Below are positions 36,587-48,974 of a DNA stretch of 64,000 bases, in pieces. Source of the DNA: Phoronis australis (Eukaryota; Animalia; Phoronida); the NCBI GenBank assembly GCA_002633005.1, contig NMRA01000533.1, forward strand, positions 1 through 64,000, given 5' to 3'. The notes below the pieces were generated by a model that made no database searches, was not told the DNA's origin, and saw only the letters and a list, made by a program, of their open reading frames with translations. Position numbers and translations under genes: made by a program. The first letter of the stretch is position 1, and each line of letters opens with the position of its first letter.

Positions 36587-38070
36587 GTAGTGCAAAACAC
36601 AAATACAGGTACACAAAAATAGGTGATATACACGTAGCGTCGGCCCCTTGTATGTTGGCCAAACACTATAGTTTGTCCCATCTGGTAAAAGCAAATTTGG
36701 ATTTAGGTCTCGTGACTTAATAATAACTACGAATGTGACGTATGAACAATAGTGTATGGCAGCGCCGGGGGGGGGGGCGTCTACGTGGGAATGGTCTATT
36801 TTAATATAACCTTGTATCTGGAATGTATTAGCATAGCCTAGCGAACACATCGAAGCCATGTGATTTATAATACACCGACCTACTATCTGATTTGTAAGCG
36901 TATTTCAACATTTTGAATAGTGTCTGATTTCTGTCATTTTTTGTGTATTTTTTCTTAAACACAAGCTTTTGTATTTGCTGATCAATGGCTGTAACTGCAC
37001 GTTGTTCCTTTTCGGATAACTTCCAAGAGGTACCGTGTGAAAATAGAAGCACGCCTGAAGTGCAAACCAAAATAAAGTGTTTCACGAGATACGTTGGGGA
37101 CCATGCTTCGTCCTGCGAAAGAATCATCACACGAAATTTACACGAAGAAACATATCAACAGCGTAACAACGGATACAAGCCATCAAATAAGCAAATATCT
37201 ACTTAAACTTTTTCAATTCCAGAAGTATGCTTCGGAAAATGTTCTAGGGATACGAACATTTTTACCGCGACGTGTTGACTATTCTTCAAGTCGTCATTTG
37301 CATTCCCTCGGATCGAATTATTATCATGCAAGTGAATTTAGAACATAGATTTTTTCATATAACACCGCAATTTTTAATAACGGTTTACCCACCAGGTGAG
37401 AGAACCTCTAGAGCTCACGAAGTAAGGTTACTGTGAAGACTTGCTAATTAAATAATTTGCATAAAAATTGAAAAAACTGCGCGTCATTGATTTTGCTTTG
37501 ACGATCTCCTCGGTCTTGAGCAAAGAATTGTTCTAGTAAGAAAAGCCTGTTACTAAAGACAGTACTGACGATTGATACTTATTAGTATTAGTACTTAACA
37601 TGCAATTTATGCCTAAGCGGACAATCAAAAAGAACTCCACTCGATCTAGGTGCACCTTAATTTTGTAATCTATCGTTCTCGTACACCTCGTTTGTAATTG
37701 ATACAAATATGAAAAAGAAGTCATGTTAGATCAGGAAAATCTGCTGTAGCATTGTCATACACTATAAGACGATTAATTTTTTAATACTCAGGCGGCTATA
37801 GTATATGTTTTTGTCATTTTTGGTAATCTAAAATTTTACGTTATGTATCAGGTCTAATAATATTTATACTATATTTTTCGTGGCGGACTTTTATGTGTGG
37901 CGTGTGTGTTCTTTTTGTGACATATATCAGAATACAATTTGTTTTCATTTGAGACGAACTCACAAACTTGTATCACTAGTTTTATGATAAACTAAGTAGA
38001 AAATGAATCTGAAATCAAACGATGTGATGCAGATCTGCTGAAGGATACTATTGTTTGTTGGAGCGTAGAA

Positions 38071-38092
38071 TACACAGACACAGACACACATA

Positions 38093-38147
<55 letters not shown>
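38071..38147. repeat. (CA)n microsatellite
   Basis: Seen directly. Confidence 0.95.
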
Positions 38148-38150
<3 letters not shown>

Positions 38151-39561
38151 TATGTATAACAACTGTGGATCAACTGAAATTTTCGGATATAATCACATCT
38201 TTCGTCAACAGAAACAAAAATAAGGTAAAACCAATTACGTGACCAATGACGTATGATAATAGGTGTGATGAACATGTCAGATTGTTGCGAAAAAAGTAAA
38301 AGGAGCTACAAGAATACAATTAGTTTTCATTTGAGACGACATATACACCTGTACCTGTAACTGGACCAAAAAACTGCTTAGGCCATTATTCTTAACATAT
38401 ATCATCTAGATTGCGTAAAGATCGCAAATTTGCCATTCCCAAAATATCCATTGCGTGAACCACATTAAGTGCAAAGTAAAAATCGGGTTGTTTACTCTTC
38501 CTAGAGTATATAACTCCACCAAGCGAATGTACACCCAAGCATGCACTCCTGTGTTACGAGTAGGCCCTCAGGGTGCATGAATTGACCCTTCACTGTCGTC
38601 ACCTTGCCGTCTCCAATGGTTTACGCCAAAACATTCATTACATGTATATGGCAGAATCGATTCAGCCCACCTAACTATATGTTGTCCTAGATTCTATTTT
38701 AACACGCAATTTTACGACAGAAAAATAATTGTTTTGCGTAAAAAGTAGTTTTGTTGGAAACCGTGGGATATATAGCCTAAACACTTTTCCGCCACACAAA
38801 CTGGAGATTTACTGTTATGTCCTTACCAAACGAGAAGTGATTTTCTACTATGGAAAGAACTACGAGATATTCGTCGTGCATAAATGTATTATTTAGCGAA
38901 TAATTATAACAAAATCTAATATGTCATCATTTGCTAATGTAAAACGTGGCGATCGTGATTTATTTCGCATAGAATGTTAAGAAAATGAGAGCAAAAGGTC
39001 ACTCCTACAGCTTTGCAACTCACGAAGATAAAATTATCTATCTCGAACACCACACGTAAATCAGTATTGAAACATCACGAAACAAACAATTTTTCACATT
39101 ATAGTCGATATTTTCCAAATCTCTCCATCTCTACCGCCTTAGGTAGCAGCAGCAAGACGTTTCATTTTAATTTTTGACTTTTTATATACAAATGCATCAA
39201 AGAAACTGATTTTTTACGAAATGTCAATAAGCATTTGCCCGAATTCCCCCAAAATGTTCACCATTAGCGCAAGTACCTGTAGACATACAAGTATGAATTA
39301 CACCTAATGCAAGGTTTAGAGTATTTCCTCTGCACCTGCTGGAATTTCACATTTTTATCGTTCCGTACCAAATTTTCCAATCCGCTATGTACAAAGGATG
39401 TAAAAGTAGCAATGATCAGTAACCAAAACAAAACTAAATTTAAATAGGGGCTACAAGGAAAACCCTCCTAAAAGGATATTAAACCGTGTTTTGTGATTTC
39501 AACCAACCTTCCGGTCTGCCACATACTGAGGCATTATTGGTACCCACTTGATTGACAAAAG

Positions 39562-39718
39562 CAGCTTCCCGTTCAGTAAGGCTAAGACCTCGCTGAAAAG
39601 CAAGCCTTCGCGAGATTACATGAGATATTGCCGTGTATTTTGAATCAGAGCACGTGACCTCGACTAGACTTTAGCTAGGTCCTAGCGTAGGTCCTAGCGT
39701 CTACTGAACGCACGCCAG
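39562..39718. mobile_element. ~165-bp MITE family, copy C
   Basis: Homologous to copies A and B. Confidence 0.75.
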
Positions 39719-42342
39719 CTTTTAACTACAAACTCATACGTACTCTCAGTGAAACAGATTGTATATTGTGGTTCTTAGTTGGTGGTTCTTCCCAACAGTC
39801 GTGTAACTCAACGAAAGCTGGGGTCAAGCTAGCCCGCTTAGTATACTTCGAAATGAATTTTAAAAATTTGCTTCAATAGCTCAGGTGGCACTGAACAGTA
39901 AGCCTGCGTCCGCGGCCAATTTGCACTCACAAACTATTAGAGTATAGGGGTAGGCCAGGCTTGGGGGCATTTTTAGCTGGGTATTGCATGTAAGTCAAGT
40001 GAATGTGGATTTTTGTATTTGTGAACTTGCTGAGAATGAACAAAAAACACTTGATAGGCTGTAGCTGCACTCTTCTTCAAGATGGCAGCCCTGACCTATC
40101 GCATGTTCCCCCCTTTGCGAAAAGTCAAATGACACAGGAAAAACAAACAATATGTAAGAGGCAAAACACTTTCGTTAAACGACGTTCGTGAGGGAATCGA
40201 TGAGTGTTTTTTGCACTATCCGAAAACCCTTCGACAAAGACAACAGACGATGCTTTTCAGCAGAGAATCGTACGTTCACGATATGGGAATTTATAGAGGC
40301 GACGATGAAAAAAATAAGTGTTCTAGGAAAGTATTTCTGAGCCACCGAAAATCCGAAGAATCCCACACGGGGTTCACCTTCACCTGACAAATGATAAGAC
40401 CACTGACGTAATATGTTCATTTAAAGCTGGATATTTACCTTAAAGTCGAATTATATGTACAATACCATAGATTTCAGGATCTTTCGACCAAAATCAGTGA
40501 AGTTTCACTGATATCTTTATTCTGCCGTCTGCTAAATTCCGCCAAATGAAGAGTAGATCACAAATGGTGGGACTCCGCGAGTAAAGTAGGTCGAAACGAT
40601 GGCACTACTTTCACTTTTCTAATCTGATAACGAAACGTTTTGATTAAAAAAATCAGGTTCATAGGTCAGGTACACACTTATTTTGTCCTAAGCAAGCATT
40701 TAGTTCCGGTAGGTCTTGTGCTGTGTCCAAGTCAACTTAATGCATGGAAATGGTCGTAATTGCGCGGTTAAGACATTTAAGTTAGGCCTATCTTCTGATC
40801 AGCTTCGCATTTTTTGTAGTTTCATTGCATAAAGGAAGCTTTCAGTTTGTTTTAAACGCAGCATGATCACTAAAGTGTTGTATGGTTACAAAAGATGACA
40901 AGCCTGGTGTAGTATTTACAAAAATAACTCAAAGTCTTTTTCAAAGCTTCATAAATCTAAATATAATGTTTGAACAACTTCAAAATGAGCTCTCTCTAAT
41001 TCTACAGGCAAATTTTATACTAGAGGTTCTCATCAAAAGTAATTTAACTGTTTATGTTTTCGTGCTAGCACCTCGAACAAAGCTTTGAGTTCAGTCAGTA
41101 ATTCATTGTCCCTCCGTGTGCCGATCGAATCTCTCAATTTTGTAGAGAAGTTCAGTTGAACGCCAGCCTATGGGTATAGGAATAACCAAAAATGTACGTC
41201 TGATACGATACAAAACTATGTGAATTAGGTCGAAATAAATGAAAAATAATAAAATTTTCTTTAAAAACAACAATTTCCGGGGACTACCACTAGACTAGTG
41301 CTGAGGTCCCGGCCAGCAGGTACCGAAACGAAAACGGCCAGACGAGTGAAACTCCGGAATCACAATCAGATAGGCCTACCTATAGCCAAAAAAGTGAAAA
41401 TTAAGTGCGTATCTTGGAACAAATGTAATTTTTGTGTTTAACTTGCGAGTAATCGAGCAACATTTTCAAGTTCAGCTGCTCGTGTGGCCGTTCACACAGT
41501 TTGGTCCATACTACGTTGGCGCCTTTCGACATCACTTTTCGGCTGAAGAGAAGCGCTAAATGGGGTTCATGATGGGGTCGTACGATAGTAATTGGCGTAA
41601 TTAGTTAATGCCAGGAGTAAAGGGAGGGATGATATATTTGTTTCGATCAATGATACAGATATTTAACATGTTCAAAAGTCATTTGACCGTTATGTAGGGT
41701 CTTTAAGAGAAGCCCCACTAATGACGGGATATTCTTCTCGAGCTGCACAACGGCTGTCAAAACTACACACGCCATATCGACAACGTCTCGTCATTCTTAT
41801 TGCACAATTTTACACGACAACCTGCTGTTTGTCGGGTAAAATGGCGGCTTCAAAACGATGACAGAGGTGTGTCAAAAATGCTGCGTTCTGATTGGTCAGT
41901 TAAGCCGTCAGTCATAATCCTGGCGATAGGTCAATTGTGCATTGCTGGGCAGCAACTGATAAATTGGCCGCGATTTCATGTAGCCCTTAAAGAAGCCAGA
42001 TTTACCAAAAAAAAATGGTTGACAGTACTTTTGGACCACATTATTTTTGGAATCGATAGGAAATTTTCTTTTGAAATCTAATGTTGGCATTGGCAGGGAA
42101 GTGGTGGTTTTGGGGTGACAAGTGTCGATTTTGCGTTTTTTTAGCCCTATTTTTCTTGGTCTTGCTTGGTTTCAGTGGGAGTGAAAATGCCAAAAATACA
42201 AGAATAAAGGCTCTGCGCTCATTTGTAGGGGTTGTAATTTGAAACGACTCAAAACTGTTCTTTCTTTGCATACAGTTTTTGACAGAGTGAAGAATGGGTG
42301 ATAGTCCGTTGACGTGTGTTCTGGAAGGCAAACCCATGTGAG

Positions 42343-42618
42343 AACAGCCTCCCGTTCAGTAACGTGAGATATTGCCGTGCATTTTAAATGAGAACACGTG
42401 ACTTTGACTACGTTTTAGCTAGGTCCTAGCGTAGGTCCTAGCGTCTACTGAACGCACACCTGGCGTGCGTTCAGTAGACGCTAGGACCTAGGCTAGGACC
42501 TAGCCAAAAGCTAGTCAAGGTCACGTGCTCTTATTTAAAATACACGGCAATATCTCGCGTAATCTCGCAAAGTCTTGCTTTTAAGCTAGGTCCTAGCGTT
42601 ACTGAACGGGAGGCTGTT
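42343..42618. mobile_element. Inverted dimer of the ~165-bp MITE (copies D and E)
   Basis: aacagcctcccgttcagtaacg ... gaacgcacacc|t|ggcgtgcgttc ... cgttactgaacgggaggctgtt. Confidence 0.8.
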
Positions 42619-42920
42619 GTGTACCCTCTCATTATGCAGATGAACATTGCGCATGTCAGGAAGCAATTGAAGTGTTACACACTATGATTGACCAGAGCAA
42701 CCTGCCTTGTGTTCAATAAGCAAAGCTCTTCGAAGCACTTTCCGCGAACGCTTGTTGGACGTCGTTAATGAATGATCTGTTTTCCATCTTTGAGAAACGC
42801 TCGACAAAAAGAAAAGTGCGTTCTACGAGAGTGTCTTTAAATAACGCGAAGTGCTTTCGGATTGAACGCAAGGCAAGTGTCGGCACTGGTGTGCAGGAGC
42901 TCCGTAGGCCTATAAACCTA

Positions 42921-43285
42921 AAATGAACAAACAAACTTTGACAGAAGAAGACGTAGCAGGATCTGTCATAAACGAGCCGTTAGACGTGTGCACCGCTGCA
43001 GGGATGAGCTAAAAGGTTGGCTGCGTTGTAGAAATGCATCCGCAAAGGACGTCAAACTTGAAGTTGTTGCAAAGTAAATACCCCCTTTTACCCTATTTTG
43101 TACTTTAACACATTTTTAGATATACTGCTTAAGATTTAAACATATTTTCCAGGGACAGTGCAACGTGGTTACTCGTGTCCATCCCATGATGCACCGTGGT
43201 ACCAGTGGGCGAGGCTTTCAAAATGTGGGTTTGCATATCGGCTATTACCGTCAGAGGTCCTAAGGTCGTGAGTGCCCTAAAGTCG
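42921..43285 (+). pseudogene. Remnant of a transposon accessory protein (SAP-like N-terminus plus pre-SWIM segment, as in YqaJ-exonuclease ORFs of ISL2EU/Kolobok-type elements)
   Basis: MNKQTLTEEDVAGSVINEPLDVCT.. /ELKGWLRCRNASAKDVKLEVVAK| gtaaat, then ttccag|GQCNVVTRVHP.. /EAFKMWVCISA..KVVSA; frameshifted and truncated; recognised from memory of the family only. Confidence 0.4.
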
Positions 43286-44589
43286 TGAACGATCTTATTT
43301 CCTCTTCTACGAGGTCCCCCGACATCTGGCGTTGAAGTTTCCAGCGTTCGTCTGGTTACGAACGTCAAAAGAATACCCTGGCGTGTTGGTATTCACAGTA
43401 TGATAACAAACAGTGAGTGAGTGGCTTCTTTTTCAAACGTATCTTCAAAACAGCATATTTCACTAATCCACTTTTTGTGCATCTATGAGATATATTTTCG
43501 AAAATATTAATCGTTCAGATTTACTCAAACACGCGCTCCAGGGGTAGCTTGAACAATGTATCAAAATGTCCCAGGGTCGATCAAGTTTTGTAAGGCCAAA
43601 GCAATAAAATACAGATAGATAATTGATGCTGGGTTCTTAGAGTTTTACGTGAACAGGCTCATTGAAAACGTCTGTGCACATCTAAGTTGGGTGCAAAGCA
43701 TATACATGTAACAATTTATTTGAATTGAAACTGGATTAATAAACAATATAATTTATTTTCATGTCGTCTAGAGTAACTGCAAGCACTGCAGTTGACTTGT
43801 GTGGTCTTACTTCGTTCATTTCCGTCTAAACGAAACCGTCACGACTTTAGGGCCTCATTCAAAATGGCCGGCGATATCAGCGACCGTTTCAAAATTCTGC
43901 TTACCGAGACAAACAAGGATTAAGATTGTCAAAACATGTATGTTTGTGATGGCTGATATATGTCCATGACATCACATGAACAGATGCTAACGGACATTGG
44001 GTATTATGACAATCAGCTGCTTATTATGCTTATATTCACGACTTTAGGTCACCGGTATGTATAAAACATTAACTAAAAATTGTAGAGGGTTACAGAGCAT
44101 TATTTTGTTGCAAGGAGTGGAAGAGGAAGTCGTTTAATATCTGTTCAAACGTCAAGGCAGGCTTTCTTTTGTATAAATCACGTCATCACTAACAGTTTTA
44201 CTTCAAAACAATATGGCTTTTATTTTATCCACATTCACTTGGAGACCGGAAGCACTAGCAAAAAATGTTATGCATGTACATTGCATGGGTGAGTCATTTA
44301 CAAATTCGACCCATCAAAAGTAATTCGTGTGTCGTTCGCTTATTGTGAAATCAAATATTCATTATTTGCTGCAATTGCACGTGTAATATTTTTATGATTC
44401 TTAATCAAATACGCAAAAATCTCCGAGGAAAAGTATTGAATTGTAGGGAGATCAAGGTTCACGTTGTCTGCAGCCACGCAATATATTGAACCAGGAAGAT
44501 TGGTGACCATTCACGACAACAAAGGACTTAATGTTACTGCAAAGACTTTTACTCACCTCCTGATAAACCAACCAAAATTAAGGAAAGAC

Positions 44590-46340
44590 AATGAATGAAA
44601 TGGGTTCTCAAAATCGACCAGTAAGAGCAATGACCCTGGTTTGTTAGCTGACGGGGCATAAAAATCAAGTCATATACATGTAGCACACGGATATTTTCTT
44701 TCATATTTCTTCCAGAAACAAAACCTGTCTGGTCATTACTGAATAGTTTTCCAAAAACGGAGTTTTACTGTTAAGCCACAGCCGAAGAAGTCAATTTATA
44801 TGTCACATTGAGTAAGGATATGGGTCACCAGTTTTTCAAATAATGTTTACCTTTATCTGCTCCCTCAGGGATGCAGGTAATCACTCTCTCTTTCTGTGTT
44901 GATGATAATTACCAGCAGCTAAACCAGTATTAATTGAGCGACCAACAAAATGTCCAATGTCAGCCCACAAAAAATGTCCAACATTCCACTGAAAACCATC
45001 GGGGCCTGGGCTCTTATTGTTTTTCAGTTTTTTCAAGCATTGTGTGACTTCTTCATATGTACAGGTAGGATGACCTTCTAATTTTTTCGTTTTCTCTCTC
45101 ATTGTCTTTGGAGACACACACCTCATCAGGAAGAGTTTTTAAATGAGTATTGTTAGACTGTCTATATTTGTATAAATTTTCATGAAAAGTTATGGTTTCC
45201 TGATTAACCTCTTTTTCACTATTGGTTTTAAAATTGTCAGCTTTCCACAAAAAGGCATAAACTTACTTATGACATGCCTATTTTCCAATTAAAGGAAATA
45301 TTTGGTAGGTTTTTCACTCTTCAATCTAATCTTGTTCTTGACCTAGGCATAAGACCTCTTAATTTATTATGCCTTAACTCGGAAAGTTGAATATTTTTTG
45401 TTCAAGTATTTCCTATCAAGGCTGAGACTTTTTTCCAACAAGCTTTCTCCTTCGATAAGTTGCTGTTCAGCTCTATCACTTTTATATAAATGGCAGAGGA
45501 AATTGTTTTGCCGTGAAACTCCATCAACAAATTTGAAGAAAAAGTCGATTATTTATGGGCAATCGTAAATCTGTCTTACTTGCACTGTCGACTGTCTAAA
45601 TAACGTCAGTCATATACTGCTGTTTAACTAATTTAATGGCAACCTGAACCGCAGCAGTATACTCAGAGTTTTTTAAGAGAGGATCATTCAACTTCCGAAA
45701 TTATTTCCTCCTCCTGGAAACAGCACTTTAAAAAACCTTACCATTGAATGATCGGAGCGGTAACAGAATTCTATAATGGAATCGTCAATATTGGGTAAAG
45801 ATCTTCAGAAATTAGAGAATAATCTAGTTTGGATCGTTTACTTCCAGCTCCCCAAATTTATTTTTTACTATTGGGGTTTAGTTCCCGCCAAACACCTGCA
45901 ATAGACAATTCTGTACATATCTCTATCAAATTAATTCGTTACTTCTGGGTATTAACCTGTTGATGATTGAGCGTGTCCTTAGATTGATCGAGAGCAACAT
46001 TAAAATCGCTGTGCACAAATAACATAGCGATTTCCTATGTCTTGAATATCTTGTTTTCTTTTTTCTTCTCCTTTTTCAAAAAAAGATGGCAAATCCCTAT
46101 TTGGACAATAGGTATTAATTGACGTTATTCGTGTCTCATTAATAGTTATATCCAAAATTAATATATTACCATTGTAGTCTTGCCTAATATTATGTAGTTT
46201 ATACTCGAAAGTATTCTGAAAGAGGTTCGCCACTGAACGGGAGTTTGAGGTATTTGAGTTCAAAAACATTCTTATCCCCACATTGATCTAACACTGGTTT
46301 CTCCTCTCTTAATGTGGGCTATGTATGCAACAAATGGATT
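44590..46340 (-). mobile_element. Degenerate Tx1/L1-clade LINE ORF2 fragment (AP endonuclease to N-terminal RT)
   Basis: Broken frames give NGNILILDITINETRITSINTYCPN (EN), LKNNKSPGPDGF, NW*PISLLNVTYKL, DQTGFVSGR and LLLVDFENPFHS (RT-associated motifs). Confidence 0.85.
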
Positions 46341-46812
46341 ATTGTTTTCTCCTAAATAATTGAGCTATCGCCAGAATTTTGAGCAACGTCTTAACCGACC
46401 ATTTAGAACGCAGCATTATTGACACACCTTCGTTTCCAAGCCGCCATTTTACCCGACAAACAACACGTTGTGGGTTAAAGGCGAAGGCAACCTTTTTTCA
46501 TGTCATTTTGAGCTAAAATAAGGTTGGCTGGTTATCCTAGACATATTTTCCACTTAATTACAGCTTTTCGTAATTTTGTTAATTACTCGTCCGCTACTCC
46601 GGAAGTGACGTCTTAGGAGGCAAGCGTTTCCCGCCACTTGGTTTTGCGTTGAGTTTACCTTGCGAATCTGTTCTATTCTACTTTTGTTTTGTGCTGTTTT
46701 TCAACAATTGACGCCATCACTTTCCATCGGCGAGTATTCTGCGGCAAGATAGGTTAGTAAAGAACTCAACTACGTGTGATTTAGGGATTGTTTAGTGTGT
46801 TCTAAGCTGAAA

Positions 46813-47100
46813 ATGGCTGGAGTCGGTGACCTGCATCACAGTGTCAGTGGTGTGAGTGACGGAGACCTTGTTCACAGCAGTGGTGATGAGGATTTTTTTC
46901 ACGGACATTCAGTGGGTGGGTACATGTTTGAGCCCGAGTATAACGAGGCAGAGTACGCACAGGCAAAGGCAGCTGTTGAGAGAAACGAAGCGGCGTGGTG
47001 ACACATCTTTGTGCAAATGCACTGTGTGCGTTGTTATGACTACCTCAATGGAATGCTTGTGCTGTTCAGAGTTCGACGAGGCCAAGCCACTACTGGACAC
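46813..47100 (+). pseudogene. KolX-like Cys-rich accessory protein (P2X7 ballast/Zn-coordinating-domain-like), frameshifted and truncated
   Basis: MAGVGD...GYMFEPEY, then a frameshift to RRGDTSLCKCTVCVVMTTSMECLCCSEF (CxCxxC...ECxCCxE pattern). Confidence 0.65.
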
Positions 47101-47882
47101 GGTTAAGTGGACCTCCGGCATACCAAGGACAGAGGAACAACTGTCCCACTTGCCAGAGTGTCCCGCGACACACTCCCACTGGATGGTGACCTGAGCACCC
47201 AAACTGCTTACATCGTGTCGTGTGACTCCCTTGCCACACACCTCGCACCTTCTAAATAGCTCCAACACTTTAGAAAAGTCCACAATTAACTGGTCAAAGT
47301 TTGGCTCACCGATCTGTTCACTGGACGACGAACTGTCCTCTTCACTGGGTGTCGAACTGGGCCTGTAATCATTCCCACTACTCAATATCGCTGCAGGGCT
47401 GCTTAGAGTCTCTGGGCTGGAGAAAACAGCACAGGGCGAATCACTACTGGTTCCAGGAATGGCACGCTCTGGGGTACGTTCGGAGGCACGGGTGACAGTA
47501 GATGAAGTGCCTCCACTGGCTCCAGTCACTGTACTGGCCACGGCTCGCGAGGCTCCTCACTTCAAAAACGCACTTCTAGGGGTGGCGACGGGGCACTGCC
47601 GGGAATCAACACAGACGGAATGGCATCCTTCTTCAGGCGTTGTTTCGCAGGGACCTTCATCAGTTCAGCGTACAAATCCCTTTCGTAATCGGACGGCAGA
47701 AAGTGCTTGCCACACACACGGTTATTCTCGACTGCTTTGTACGTTGCGTGGACGGGTAACGCTGCGTTCTTCACACGAACGAGCCAAGTACGGCTCATCA
47801 TCGGAAAGCGATGCAAAGGTACTCCCAAAGCGCGCGTGAGACGATAATTAGTACATTCCGGTACGCAGCAACAGTACGGCAT
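47100..47882 (-). pseudogene. THAP-domain transposase N-terminus (DDE core deleted)
   Basis: MPYCCCVPEC...LHRFP...W...VCGKHF...LKKDAIPSV is a THAP C2CH signature. After a frameshift come a Ser-rich linker and CEVC...WECVAGHSGKWDS...GMP, a second Zn-finger-like segment. Confidence 0.85.
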
Positions 47883-48974
47883 GTTGACTGACTAGTAAAT
47901 GAAAGCAAACGACGACGGAACTTAACACAACCGAGGTAGAACAATGACTGACTCGGCAGCTCTCACAGTCAGACTATATGAAAAGAAATTGGCGCGAAAT
48001 GCTTGCCTCCTAAAACGTCACTTCCGGAGTAGCGGACGAGTAATTAACAAAATTACGAAAAGCTGTAATTAAGTGGAAAATATGTCTAGGATAACCAACC
48101 AACCTTATTTTAGCTCAAAATGACATGAAAAAGGTTGCCTTCGCCTTTAAAACTTATTATTGATTAGTCGATATTACGCAAGGGGGCGGAGCTTGCGATA
48201 GGTCAACTGAGAACATTATTTCAAGGTACGATATCCGTGAGACCTCTGTTGTTATACCCACCCAAAGACGCAACAAAGGAAATCCATGCTACCTTCCCAT
48301 AAGCGATAACCATGCGACGCGCTTACTCCCGTCGAATGTTTCTCACAAGTTGAACGATAGCTTGCAACCTCCATGCGACGTCATTTGACATAAAGAAATT
48401 GTTGTTCTCTCCTTGCAATACCTTGCTCTGAAGAAACTCTTAACACACTGAAAGAACCCTAACCACAAACTTTGAACAACACTTAAACCGTTGTTACATT
48501 CAGTACTCGTCATCAACGATTAATTTTGCAAAAATTCTGCCTGGGCAAGCTACGGTTGCAGACGACCTGCATTGTAACATGATGTCAACAACAATGAAGC
48601 ATTACAACGCACGTGCCCACGATCGAATACGCCACTGGCTTTTTGACGACGTCGTCTCTTACTGCAATAGAGTGCGATATAATCAAAAAATAACCCTAGG
48701 GCATTTTAACACACTACTTCATTTGTGACGTAACAGTCTGGTTGTGAGACAACAAACTGACTGATTAACAATAGGTGGGTAAAGGAGAGTATTGGCGTCA
48801 GCTTAATTAGATTATGTATTAAAACAGCTTAAATAACATGGTCTCTTGGCGCTAATTAGTCAATAACAGCTATGGCCGTCACAATCAAAAGACTAACCGA
48901 AAGGTAGCGCTATCTAATTAGAAAGCAACTCTAGATGATTCATCAATAGCGAGGCCCGTGTCAGTTTGCTTGCA

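Larger units (their letters stand above)
46479..48146. mobile_element. Kolobok-like DNA transposon, internally deleted, with convergent THAP-transposase (-) and KolX-like (+) gene remnants
   Basis: TTAA TSD at 46475-46478 and 48147-48150; AG...CT termini; ~158-bp TIRs differing at only about 5 positions. Confidence 0.9.

Noticed and set aside
46479-48146. piggyBac element (TTAA TSD) or a domesticated host THAP gene
   Set aside because: The termini are AG..CT rather than CCC..GGG, THAP is not a piggyBac feature, and the ORFs are frameshifted and lie inside intact TIRs
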